This document shows, piece after piece, positions 40,334-49,434 of a stretch of DNA of 64,000 bases (position 1 is the stretch's first letter; each line of letters opens with the position of its first letter). Source of the stretch: an uncultured Verrucomicrobiae bacterium (lineage in GTDB: Bacteria; Verrucomicrobiota; Verrucomicrobiia; Chthoniobacterales; UBA10450). The position numbers and the translations under genes are program-made. The notes under the pieces are model-generated. The model was not told the DNA's origin, did not search any database, and saw only the letters and a program-made list of their open reading frames with translations. Location of the stretch: positions 1,152,001 to 1,216,000 of the forward strand of contig CAWFGO010000001.1 in assembly GCA_963815455.1 (NCBI GenBank), given 5' to 3'.

Positions 40334-41086
40334 ATGTCACCTGCCACTTCTTCAACGCAACGCATCGCCCTCGTCACCGGCGCCAACAAAGGAATCGGTT
40401 TCGAAGTCGTCCGCCAGCTCGCGCGCAAAGGTTTCCGCGTCTTTCTCAGCGCCCGCGACTCCGATGCCGGAGTGGCGGCTGTTAAGAAACTCAATGATGA
40501 AGCTGGTAGTACCGCGGCCGATCTTGCCACTGGCCACGCGTCACTTGTCACTTTCCTTAAGGTCGACATCTCCGACCCGGACAGCATCGACAGCGCCGCT
40601 CGGGAATTTTCGCGTCAGGCCGATCATCTCGACTCGCTCGTGAATAACGCCGGCATTCTGCTCGATAACGACAAAGACGTGCTCACCACAACGCCGGACA
40701 TATTCGAGGACACTCTCCGGACCAACACGCTCGGTCCGCTCCTCGTCGCGCAGGCCTTCGTCCCGATGCTGAAAAAGAGTAACGCCCCGCGCATCGTCAA
40801 TGTTTCCAGCGGCGGCGGCCAGCTCGCCGACGGCGCCGATGGTTGGGCACCGGCCTATTGCATTTCGAAAACAGCATTGAATGGCGTCACCGTCCAACTC
40901 GCCGCCGCGCTCCCGAAATTCGCGGTCAACTCCGTTTGCCCTGGGTGGGTGCGAACAGATATGGGTGGGTCGAATGCCACCCGCTCCGTGGCGGAGGGTG
41001 CATCGGGAATTGTGTGGCTTGCATGCGAAGCTCCGCAATCGTTAACAGCCAAGTTCGTTCGCGACCGTAAAACAATCCCCTGGTAG
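40334..41086 (+). CDS. SDR oxidoreductase (carbonyl reductase-like)
   Basis: TGANKGIG, NNAG, YCISK, PGWVRTDMG. Confidence 0.93.
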   Translation: MSPATSSTQRIALVTGANKGIGFEVVRQLARKGFRVFLSARDSDAGVAAVKKLNDEAGSTAADLATGHASLVTFLKVDISDPDSIDSAAREFSRQADHLDSLVNNAGILLDNDKDVLTTTPDIFEDTLRTNTLGPLLVAQAFVPMLKKSNAPRIVNVSSGGGQLADGADGWAPAYCISKTALNGVTVQLAAALPKFAVNSVCPGWVRTDMGGSNATRSVAEGASGIVWLACEAPQSLTAKFVRDRKTIPW

Positions 41087-41178
41087 TTGTCGCCGCGTCG
41101 CTCTGTCGACGCGTTCTTCAAAACAGAAAAACCACGAATAATCGCGAATCTACGCGAAGACGAGAATATTAGTGTCTC

Positions 41179-41444
41179 TTCGAATTCAAGCCCTTGTTCG
41201 ACATCATCCTGCTTAATCTTCGGGAACGAAACGCGGCCAGCGGGGGGAAGAAATGCTCCGGTTGCGCGTTTACGAAAAGCTTCAGGGCCTGGTCCATCAG
41301 GGCGCGGTCGATCGAACAGTAACGGGGATCACGAAAAAATATAAAGGCGTCGGTCCGCGCATGAACACCCTCAAAGCGCAAATGAAACTCTTGCGGGTCG
41401 AGTGGAGCAAGAAGCTTGCGGCCAAGGCCGCGGCGCGAACCTGA
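41179..41444 (+). pseudogene. 5'-truncated, frameshifted paralog of the 37360 gene
   Basis: FEFKPLFDIILLNLRERNAASG, 1-nt loss in the G run near 41245, then MLRLRVYEKLQ...AKAAART. Confidence 0.85.
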
Positions 41445-41582
41445 TCTTTGTTCTCTGATCCGCCGAAGGACGGATTGACGAACTCGCGCCCGCTCGCTTC
41501 GGCCTCTCGGCTTTTCCCGTCAATGTCGCTCGCATCCCTTCGGCTCCATTCGCCGTGGCGAACTTCCGTCGTCTGATTTCTG

Positions 41583-41781
41583 TTCGAAGCATTCGGTAAA
41601 ATCGGGTACACGTTCGACCATTAAGCTAGGAGTCATATTATTCTCCGACACGCCTCTGGACGCCGGCTCACCGTTCCAAATCATCGTGAGTTGGCCAAAG
41701 GAACATTGCCCGCCCTGGTTTCGTGAAGCTGGTTTAACCAAAACACAATTCGCTGAATTACTTTTGATCGAGACAAACTAA
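41583..41781 (+). pseudogene. hicA: HicA toxin pseudogene
   Basis: Manual translation FGKIGYTFDH*ARSHIILRHASGRRLTVPNHRELAKGTL, frameshift near 41720, REAGLTKTQFAELL. Confidence 0.8.
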
Positions 41782-41849
41782 GACTTTCCAGAGTCACGAA
41801 TTCTGAATCCAAACACCTGACTACGCGCGTCCAAGCATTATAATTAGCC

Positions 41850-42260
41850 ATGGAAACGACTAGCTCACTCCCGACGCCGCCACCGCTCCCAGCCAGTGGC
41901 CCTCCGACCACCTCCATCACCTCTTCGAGCGTCCGCACCTGGTGCATTCTGTGTCACGCCAGCGCGTTGCTCGGCGTTTTTTTTCATTTCCCCGGGCACC
42001 TGCTCGGACCGTTCATTGTCTGGCTGGCCAAACGTGACGACTCGCCCGAGATCGATGCCCACGGCAAGGAATCGCTCAATTTCCAGATCTCGATGCTTAT
42101 CTACAACGTTGTCGCCGCAGTCTTTTGCCTGGTCCTGATCGGCTTCTTTTTCCTCGCCGTCCTTTGGGTGCTGAACGCGATATTCGTCATCGTCGCCTCC
42201 ATCCAGGCCAGCGATGGAAAATTTTACCGCTACCCGATCACCATTCGCTTTATTCAGTGA
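41850..42260 (+). CDS. DUF4870 membrane protein
   Basis: LCHAS, GPFIVW, HGKESLNFQIS, YRYPITIRFI. Confidence 0.92.
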   Translation: METTSSLPTPPPLPASGPPTTSITSSSVRTWCILCHASALLGVFFHFPGHLLGPFIVWLAKRDDSPEIDAHGKESLNFQISMLIYNVVAAVFCLVLIGFFFLAVLWVLNAIFVIVASIQASDGKFYRYPITIRFIQ

Positions 42261-42374
42261 GCTGCGGGGAAAGTAAGGCGGCGCATTCTGTCGTTTCCAT
42301 TTCAGCTTGTCAGCTTTTCCGCGTTTCAGAATTTCAACGTGTGACCATCCGGTTCATCCAATAAAGGGATTCTT

Positions 42375-42451
42375 AACCGCGGATTACGCGGATATCACAG
42401 ATAAAGAAAGGTTCGTGATTCCCATCATCTGCATCCGCGTAATCCGCGGTT
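42375..42451. repeat. Perfect 19-bp inverted repeat
   Basis: AACCGCGGATTACGCGGAT ... ATCCGCGTAATCCGCGGTT. Confidence 0.85.
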
Positions 42452-42802
42452 GAAATCTTGTCCTTGTCGCAGCCTTGCGCCCATGCCGGCATTCATTCTG
42501 TCGTGTCCCATTTCAGTGTTTCAGCTGTCATCGTGTCAGCTTTTTGGAATTCTCGTTACCCAATGACGATCCGGTTCATCACCTGATCGAACACGGTTTG
42601 GATAACAATTTTCGTCGCTCGATTTCCCTGAATCGTTGCCCGGCTTCCTAGTCACATCAAAGGCTCAGTTCCAATAGAACGCCGTGCCGTCGGCTGCTAC
42701 GCCGGAGATAGGAGCTGGAAGTTCGCAGCCGGCCACCCGTCCGGCCCTATCTTCTAACTCCAATCTCCCTTCCGGGGTTAAATCCTGCCTCTCTGTGTGC
42801 GT

Positions 42803-45800
42803 TCAAGGACTCGCTGGCGGTAATGCTGTGCCCGATCGTGATTTCACGAGCGAGATATCCGTGGCGTTGATTTCGCCGTTGATGGTCACATCGTTCGGGC
42901 AATTCGACTGGCTGAGAATGACACCGGACTGCGATTTCGTCTGACCAATATCTGAGGCGTTAACCAACCCATTCATGGTCGTGTCGCCGACCAGGAATCC
43001 CATCGTTATGTTCGCTGAGGGTAGCACCCCGCCGTTTACCCCGGTGAGATTTGTTCCGGTTACGGTCAGTGTCTGCTGGTCTGCTACTCCAGCGAGGTTC
43101 ACAAGCATGTCGTTGCCGCTGAAGCTCACCGAGCTCACACTTCCCACACCTGACGTAACCATCGCGTTTCCGCTCTGCATCGGCATGTCGAAGTGCAGCA
43201 CCATCGTGTAGTTGCCGCTCCCATTGCGCGGCTCCACTCCGGAGCCGTCCAATGGCATTGGTATGTCAAACGGTCCCGCAGCACCGTGGGTTAAACGCGA
43301 GGCTGCTCCCGTGAACGCCGGCGCTGCCGGTAGCGTCGCGCAGTCGCCAGGTCCCGCGGTGTTATTAATGAAGCCGGAGACCGTGCCACTGAATGGCGAG
43401 GACACTGGCCCTGAGGGCGGCTCCCCGCCCGTCGTATTCACGACCACCACAAAGGTATGTCCCGCGGGAACCGTGAACGAGTAACTGGCATGGTCGACGG
43501 TTGTCCCCAGACCGCTAATACCAGTGTCTCCAAGGTAGTTCGTGTCGAGCATGGTTGGATCGTACACTTGATCGTAGGCGACACTTTCGATGTCACCCGG
43601 ACCGCCGAGTGCGGCGTTGATCGTTACGGTGTAGCAACGAGCCGCGCCGCTCGTGTTAGTGAAGTTGAATGTTTTGTAGTAGTGCGTTCCCGCAAAACCG
43701 CCTCCAGGGCTGGCTTTACCGCCGCAGGGGCTTGGCCGTCCGTCCCGGCCAATACGATCGGCCTGCGTCGCATCACTCGTCATGAGCTGGCTGGGCGGAA
43801 TTTGTTGATCTGGACCGCCGGCACAGGTCGGGATGATGTACTGGATCGTCTTCATCCCGCCCGCGTAAGTCAGGTTGAGTGAAAGCATGATTTCCGTGCC
43901 GCAGACAAACGAGTCCGAGACGGAGATTTTGAACGGCGTCGCGTTCGTGCCGCTCTGGTCAATCGCCATGTCCGGATACGTCGAGCTACCCTGGTCGATC
44001 GTAACTCCAGCAGTCGATGTTGTGAGTGTCGCCTGGATCGCGGTCTCGGGCGCGCAACCGTTGTTCTGGACGCCGAGGTTTAGCTTCACGCATTCGCCCC
44101 GATTGACGATGCCGTTGTTGTTACCTAACGCATCGTCAATCGTAAATCCATTCGCCTCGAGCTTCGATGCGCCGGTCACGGTGAAGTTTTGGGTAACCAT
44201 CCCGCCGCCCGGCGGTGAAACCATGGCGGAGGCCGGCGATGCCGCCGTGCAGTTGCGATTCGCGTCCGCGGCAACGGCCGTATAGGTGCCGGCCGGAACC
44301 AGGATTGTGTACAGGCCGTTTACATCAGCCGCGCCCGCATAGCCATTGCTCAAAGTCACTGTCACCCCGGGAACCGGAGCACTTGTCGCGCTTGAAGTAA
44401 TTGTGCCTTTGACTATCCCCCACAGACCCGCGGCCGAAGCGCAGGATGGGAACTTGAAGCTGGCAATACGGGTCGACCAGTTGAAGCCGCCGTTGGCCTG
44501 CAAGTACTCGTTCGTATAATAGAAAGTGCATTGATCAATCGGATCGAGTGTCATGGCGGTGTAGTCGCCCCATCGGTTGCCAGCGCCTAACTGCGAGCCC
44601 AGGCCGGCTTTCATTTCTGTCTCCGCTCCCATCGTGCCAACCGGATCGTCAGCCAGACGCCCGGTCAGGTAGATGCCCGGTTTTATCGTCGGACTCGATT
44701 TGCTGTAGCCCAGCGCGATGTTGCCGTCTTTGTCCATCGCGGCCGATGGCATCCAACGGTAGCTGGTGTCCGGATCGAAAATGCCGGATTGAAAAAGTGT
44801 CGGTTGAGTCGTCGAGCTTCCCGCATTCCGGAATTCGAACCATTCGACCGCTCCGTGATTCACGTCGCTGCTGTCGCTCGGACCACTGACGACAAGCGAT
44901 TCCTGCGGCAATGCCTGTGTTCCGTTGTTGCGGTAAGCCAGGCGATACATGTAGTGGCCGCCCAAGTTGTCGAGATAGTCCGTCGGCACGGCTGGTGCAG
45001 GCTCGGGCACGCAGTCGCGACCATCATCGGTCGCGCCGCTGAGGCATGGTGCATTGCCGATGCCGCCCATGATGGGAGGGCCGGATGTCACGACCATCGT
45101 GGGAGCCGGGTCCCAGGTCACCGCCACTCGATGCGATGTGGTCAGCTCCGTAAGCGCGAAGTTAGGGCCGAGAAGAAACTCTGCCTCGCCCGCCGCCGGA
45201 GGAGTTAGACTATCGAGGTCGGCGGGCAGAAATCCGAATTCCGCTCCCAAGTCCGAGCTCTGCATCCGGGCCGGAAGACCATGGATCATTTTTTCCCGCT
45301 CGAAAACGTAGATGCGGCCGGTAGTGAACACGAGCCCCGCGCCAAAAACATGCGCGCTCATGTAGTAGCCATCCGGCCACACGCCGGTGTGCGGATAATC
45401 GACGAAGTTAACCGGATCCGTCTGGAAGTCGTAAAGGTAATACTCTCCGGTTGCGTCCGATGTTGCTGAGATGGCGAGGCACTGGTGCGAATAGTCGGTC
45501 TGGCCCGCGGCGACAACGAACTGCGAGAGAATCCAGCGGCCTGCGAGAATGTCGTAAGACACGACCGGGTCGCCGTCGTTATGCGATGCGCAGACGCCGC
45601 CCAGCGCCTGGAACAGCGTATTACCGGCCGCGGGTCCGTACTCAAGGGCCCCGGTGGTTTTGTTGAAGACCGCAAAGCTGGTGTTGTTCCATTGCACGAA
45701 TTGCGTCGAACCGACGCGGCCGTTTACATCCGGGGGATTACCAGAAGGGCTGAACCCACCCAGTCCCACACCGACGCCGTCGAAGTTGAGCCCGGTGGGA

Positions 45801-46246
45801 GTAGGCGCCGAGATCTGCTCTCCCGCCTTCGTTTGAGCATGTCCCCTTGGACCGCCACGCTTGGTCGGCGGTTTGGGCCGCCTCGGTTCCGGGACAGGAT
45901 TTTTCGTAACCGTTGCCGGATTGATCGGCGCGAGGTCGCGCAATTTCGCGCTGCGAACTGCTGCGACCGGGGCCAGAATCTGTGGCGGACCGCTGTATTT
46001 AACCGCGGCCGGCAGCAATGCCTGTGATCGGTCAGCCGGATTCTTGTCCAATTTAATTGCTCCCCTTGCCGCGCCGTAGCCTTGTGCGGAGGCGGGACCG
46101 CCGGCGAAGCGATGGGTCAGTGATTGTATGCCGAGGGGCGCAACCCCAAAGGCGAACAGAGCGAACATGCCTGCGACAAGGCAGAGAACAGACGCGGTAA
46201 GGATCCGCAAGTTGAAGAAAGCGCGGCGAAGATTTCTTGTTTTCAT
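42803..46246 (-). CDS. Large secreted protein with carboxypeptidase-regulatory-like and dockerin-like C-terminal domains
   Basis: PPDVNG, DGDP, DYP, RWGDY motifs; C-terminal GDTTMNGLVNASDI / DVTINGEINATDI. Confidence 0.85.
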   Translation of the reverse strand: MKTRNLRRAFFNLRILTASVLCLVAGMFALFAFGVAPLGIQSLTHRFAGGPASAQGYGAARGAIKLDKNPADRSQALLPAAVKYSGPPQILAPVAAVRSAKLRDLAPINPATVTKNPVPEPRRPKPPTKRGGPRGHAQTKAGEQISAPTPTGLNFDGVGVGLGGFSPSGNPPDVNGRVGSTQFVQWNNTSFAVFNKTTGALEYGPAAGNTLFQALGGVCASHNDGDPVVSYDILAGRWILSQFVVAAGQTDYSHQCLAISATSDATGEYYLYDFQTDPVNFVDYPHTGVWPDGYYMSAHVFGAGLVFTTGRIYVFEREKMIHGLPARMQSSDLGAEFGFLPADLDSLTPPAAGEAEFLLGPNFALTELTTSHRVAVTWDPAPTMVVTSGPPIMGGIGNAPCLSGATDDGRDCVPEPAPAVPTDYLDNLGGHYMYRLAYRNNGTQALPQESLVVSGPSDSSDVNHGAVEWFEFRNAGSSTTQPTLFQSGIFDPDTSYRWMPSAAMDKDGNIALGYSKSSPTIKPGIYLTGRLADDPVGTMGAETEMKAGLGSQLGAGNRWGDYTAMTLDPIDQCTFYYTNEYLQANGGFNWSTRIASFKFPSCASAAGLWGIVKGTITSSATSAPVPGVTVTLSNGYAGAADVNGLYTILVPAGTYTAVAADANRNCTAASPASAMVSPPGGGMVTQNFTVTGASKLEANGFTIDDALGNNNGIVNRGECVKLNLGVQNNGCAPETAIQATLTTSTAGVTIDQGSSTYPDMAIDQSGTNATPFKISVSDSFVCGTEIMLSLNLTYAGGMKTIQYIIPTCAGGPDQQIPPSQLMTSDATQADRIGRDGRPSPCGGKASPGGGFAGTHYYKTFNFTNTSGAARCYTVTINAALGGPGDIESVAYDQVYDPTMLDTNYLGDTGISGLGTTVDHASYSFTVPAGHTFVVVVNTTGGEPPSGPVSSPFSGTVSGFINNTAGPGDCATLPAAPAFTGAASRLTHGAAGPFDIPMPLDGSGVEPRNGSGNYTMVLHFDMPMQSGNAMVTSGVGSVSSVSFSGNDMLVNLAGVADQQTLTVTGTNLTGVNGGVLPSANITMGFLVGDTTMNGLVNASDIGQTKSQSGVILSQSNCPNDVTINGEINATDISLVKSRSGTALPPASP

Positions 46247-46364
46247 GGCGGATTATGTGATTCGTCGAAGGTGATCGTGTTCAAGCCATCGACCGGGCGT
46301 ATCTCGGGCGCATATTTTTTTGGGGCTAGCCGCTGAACCCAGCTTTTGTCTAAATTTCCACGTC

Positions 46365-46413
46365 CGGGGAGCACAGGCTGCCAGCCTGTTGGTTTCGGCT
46401 GCTAGCCGAAACG
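46365..46413 (+). repeat. Half copy of the pyr-operon REPIN family
   Basis: GGGGAGCACAGGCTGCCAGCCTG plus hairpin. Confidence 0.75.
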
Positions 46414-46439
46414 ATCTTCATAATCTTGATCAACTTCCT

Positions 46440-46464
46440 TGCATCATAAGCGGCTTATGATGCA
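46440..46464. promoter_or_regulatory. Perfect 12-1-12 palindrome, putative operator
   Basis: TGCATCATAAGC-G-GCTTATGATGCA; core repeated at 46727-46741. Confidence 0.6.
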
Positions 46465-46523
46465 TCCTTGGCCCGAGGAATAAATTGTAGGGCAGGCGCT
46501 CCGCCCGCCGTCCCTGAGCGAAA

Positions 46524-46712
46524 ATGACAGAGGCACAAAAGAAGATTCACGAGTATCTCGTCGAGATCGGCCGCCGCGGAGGCGAGAACAGCCGGCGCGA
46601 GCTGACCAAATCCCACGCGCGCCAGATGGTCGCGATCCGCGAAATGAAGCGCGCCGCCTTGCGCGAGGGTAAACCCTGGCCACCCCGCGGTCGCAAACTC
46701 CAACTTTCCTAG
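46524..46712 (+). CDS. Small basic hypothetical protein
   Basis: EYLVEIGRRGG motif; coding-like codon usage. Confidence 0.6.
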   Translation: MTEAQKKIHEYLVEIGRRGGENSRRELTKSHARQMVAIREMKRAALREGKPWPPRGRKLQLS

Positions 46713-47058
46713 TCAAAATCATCTATCATAAGCCGCTTATGTTGGATGGTTGCAGCCCGTGGTGATTTTCAGATTCGGGCCTTATCGCTCTTCGCCCTTT
46801 CACGCGCTCGCGCGGGCAGGTTTGTGTTCGCCACAGGACGAACTCGCCAGCCTGCCACGTCATCTCGTCACGCCGAAGCCCGTGCCAAGGCGGAAGCTTT
46901 AGCGACGGCGGGTGGCGAGTAGTGGGCCGCTGTCGCTCCAGACGCTTTTAAAGATAAGAGGTCGTTTCTTGACGGAATCGAATTAGGAACGCAGGAAAGC
47001 AGGAAATCGCTTAGCAGGATGTCCTGGGGTGGTACCCGAGGTGCTAGACAGATGAGGG

Positions 47059-47746
47059 ATGGCCAATTTTCTCGACACGACTGAAATCAGTTTCCGGATT
47101 GAGCGCCTCCTCAAGACTGCGGAAAAGCGCATCATCCTGATCAGCCCTTATCTCAAGCTCCGGCCCAGAGTGCGAGAGTTGATCGAGGATGCTGTGCGAC
47201 TGGGCGTTCGGGTACATGTGGTCTACGGAAAGAAGGAAATGTGCGATGGCGCCGATCAGCTCCGCGGAGTTGCGGGCGTGAAAGTCACATTTTGCAAAAA
47301 CGTCCACGCGAAATGCTACCTGAACGAAAAGGTCGGGATCATCACCAGCCTAAACCTGTACGACTTCAGCGAAGCGAAGAATCAGGAAATGGGCGTCTTC
47401 TTTGATCGCGAAGGCGACCCGGAGTTGTATCAAGAGGCCGCCAAGGAAGCCGACCGCATCATCCGAATGAGCGGAGGCAGCACCGGCTATCAGGAATCCG
47501 CTCTTGCCGCGGTCTCCCCGAAAGTCGAAGCGGCGAAGGAGTTACGGCAAGCTAACAACCGCCAAACTTGCGGCGAAGCTGGGAGTGCAAACGACGCAAT
47601 TATTCAACAAGCTGATCGGGCGCGGATATCTGGAACTGCGCGACGGAGGCAAGCACTACATCACCCCTGAGGGACGGGAAGTCGGCGGCGAATTTCGGAT
47701 GGGCAAAGGGCCGTATTTTCTTTGGCCCCCAGACCTCCAGGTCTGA
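47059..47746 (+). pseudogene. PLD-like (HxK) domain protein with C-terminal HTH, frameshifted
   Basis: ISPY, VHAKCY, TSLNL; C-terminus KLTTAKLAAKLG...FLWP in another frame after about 47540. Confidence 0.75.
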
Positions 47747-47994
47747 CGTTGCCCTGGCAAAGGGGACTCCGTTTCTAGTTCACTCCGCGCTGGTGGAAGT
47801 TGACGACATCATAGGCTACCCCATCGGCAGAATCGACTTTCGGAGATTGTCGACCTTACGGGGTTCGTCTTTAATCGCGCTTAATGGCGCAACGCGGTAC
47901 AATCGCGATCACTGATTTCGACTGGTACACTTTCTTGAGCCAGCGCCGCTCCTGGGCCGAGAATGGGTGCGCCAGCCGCGAGATTGGGCCGAAT

Positions 47995-48291
47995 CTAATC
48001 TTCGCCACACGGTCTACGATCTGAGCGTTGGTGAAGGGGCGCGAGTATGGTCTTGATGCCTTGTTCGGCGGCGACCTGAAGCGCGCCCTCAAGCGCAAGT
48101 TGAATTTCGCGCGCGGCTTCTTCCCTCGTATCGCCATGTGCCATGATGCCGGGCCATTCGACGACTTGGACGATAAAGCATTCATCGCTTTTTCCGCGGA
48201 ATACCAAATGCGGATTTCGTAGTCGCGAGGGTCGGGTTGCGTCATTTCGTCCGGCGATGAGCTTGTCGAACAGCTTTTCTGTTTTGCCCAT
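47995..48291 (-). pseudogene. hicB: Degenerate hicA-hicB: hicA-like N-terminal stub plus frameshifted hicB
   Basis: MGKTEKLFDKLIAG stub; MTQPDPRDYEIRIWYS, frameshift, DECFIVQVVEWPGIMAHGDTREEA. Confidence 0.75.
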
Positions 48292-48446
48292 GCGCAGCGA
48301 ATTCTAACGGGACGCATTTGCTGACGGCAAGAATTTGATAGGGAATCAAACAAGTCCACGACGGCGAGGGCGCAATCGCCAGCACGCGAGTCGCCCGCAC
48401 AAGGCGGGCAGGCAGTGCGCTCCCCAGTCCGGGTCGTAGCTGATTT

Positions 48447-48707
48447 TTATGAGCGCGATACGACTACCTTTGCCCGATAGCCTAATCGGCGAAGGAATTC
48501 TTCGCAGTCTTGCCAGCGCAATCCGAACTCTGCGACATCAGCAAGGCCGAGTCGGCCAACGATTTCACTGAGAAGATCGACATCGGCTTCGTCGAAGTCG
48601 GCATCCATCATGGCGCTCTCCGCCCAATCAACCAGCTTCGCCTGACTGACTTTGCCGTGCAGGTACTCGGCGATCTTATCGGCAACGATCTGGCGGGTCG
48701 TTTTCAT
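48447..48707 (-). CDS. Small acidic helical hypothetical protein (antitoxin/immunity candidate)
   Basis: 86 aa, LVDWAE, RLGLADV, FLRRLGY; 12 nt downstream of partner. Confidence 0.75.
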   Translation of the reverse strand: MKTTRQIVADKIAEYLHGKVSQAKLVDWAESAMMDADFDEADVDLLSEIVGRLGLADVAEFGLRWQDCEEFLRRLGYRAKVVVSRS

Positions 48708-48719
48708 GCGTCAGAGATT

Positions 48720-48956
48720 TTACAGCTGTTTATGGCCCAAATCGACGGGAAATTTCTCGTGCACGCTGACAAGCCGGCCGCTGGCGTCATAAATCTCCTG
48801 TGCAAACCGAATCGTATTTTCGCTCGCGTCCACTTCTTTGATGTAACGAGCGCGTCCACCGGCGCGCCCGACGAATTCACGAATGTACCGTCGCCCGCCA
48901 TTGGGTAATTCCTCCCAGTGTTTGAACTTTCGCTCGTTCTGTTCGCGGGAAGCCAT
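48720..48956 (-). CDS. Small beta-rich hypothetical protein (toxin candidate)
   Basis: 78 aa, ARYIKEVD, QEIYD, HEKFPVDLGH; TATGCT 7 nt upstream. Confidence 0.75.
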   Translation of the reverse strand: MASREQNERKFKHWEELPNGGRRYIREFVGRAGGRARYIKEVDASENTIRFAQEIYDASGRLVSVHEKFPVDLGHKQL

Positions 48957-49082
48957 TGCGCGGAGCATACCAAACGTTCTCCAATCTGAGGGGAAAAGTT
49001 TGCGACGCGAGGGCGCAATCCCCAACACGCGAGACGCATGCGCTCCCCAGACCAAGATGCGACCGGTCGGTCGCGGGCGGAC

Positions 49083-49230
49083 TTGACAGCGCCGAGGTCG
49101 CCGGGCCAAATGGCGGCGGGATGAAATTTATCACACGCCGGTTCGCGGCCGCGCCGGAAGGAACCGCCGTTTATTTTTCATTCAAATTTTCGCGACGCTC
49201 GGGTTCGCTGTTCTTTACTCGACGCTGGTT
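49083..49230 (+). pseudogene. Diverged copy of promoter and first about 37 codons of the POT transporter gene
   Basis: MKFITRRFAAAPEGTAV, frameshift, IQIFATLGFAVLYSTLV. Confidence 0.9.
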
Positions 49231-49434
49231 CGGTTTTCACCAAAACCGAATCGCCGGCTTCCCTAGACCAACTCGCAACGCTCGCGGCCTCCCGCCGTAA
49301 AGTTCGCGCCCTGCGAACCGCTCTGCGCGACGAAGCATTTGCTGGTAGCCGGGAAACTAGTACGTGGCTTCGGGGTGTGGTTGATCCCGCGAAATCTTGA
49401 CTTCCGGGGAGTCGAAGAGCCAAATGTCACTTAG

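Noticed and set aside
42284..42586. Diversity-generating retroelement template repeat
   Set aside because: Differences are not adenine-specific, repeats are short, and no reverse transcriptase is nearby
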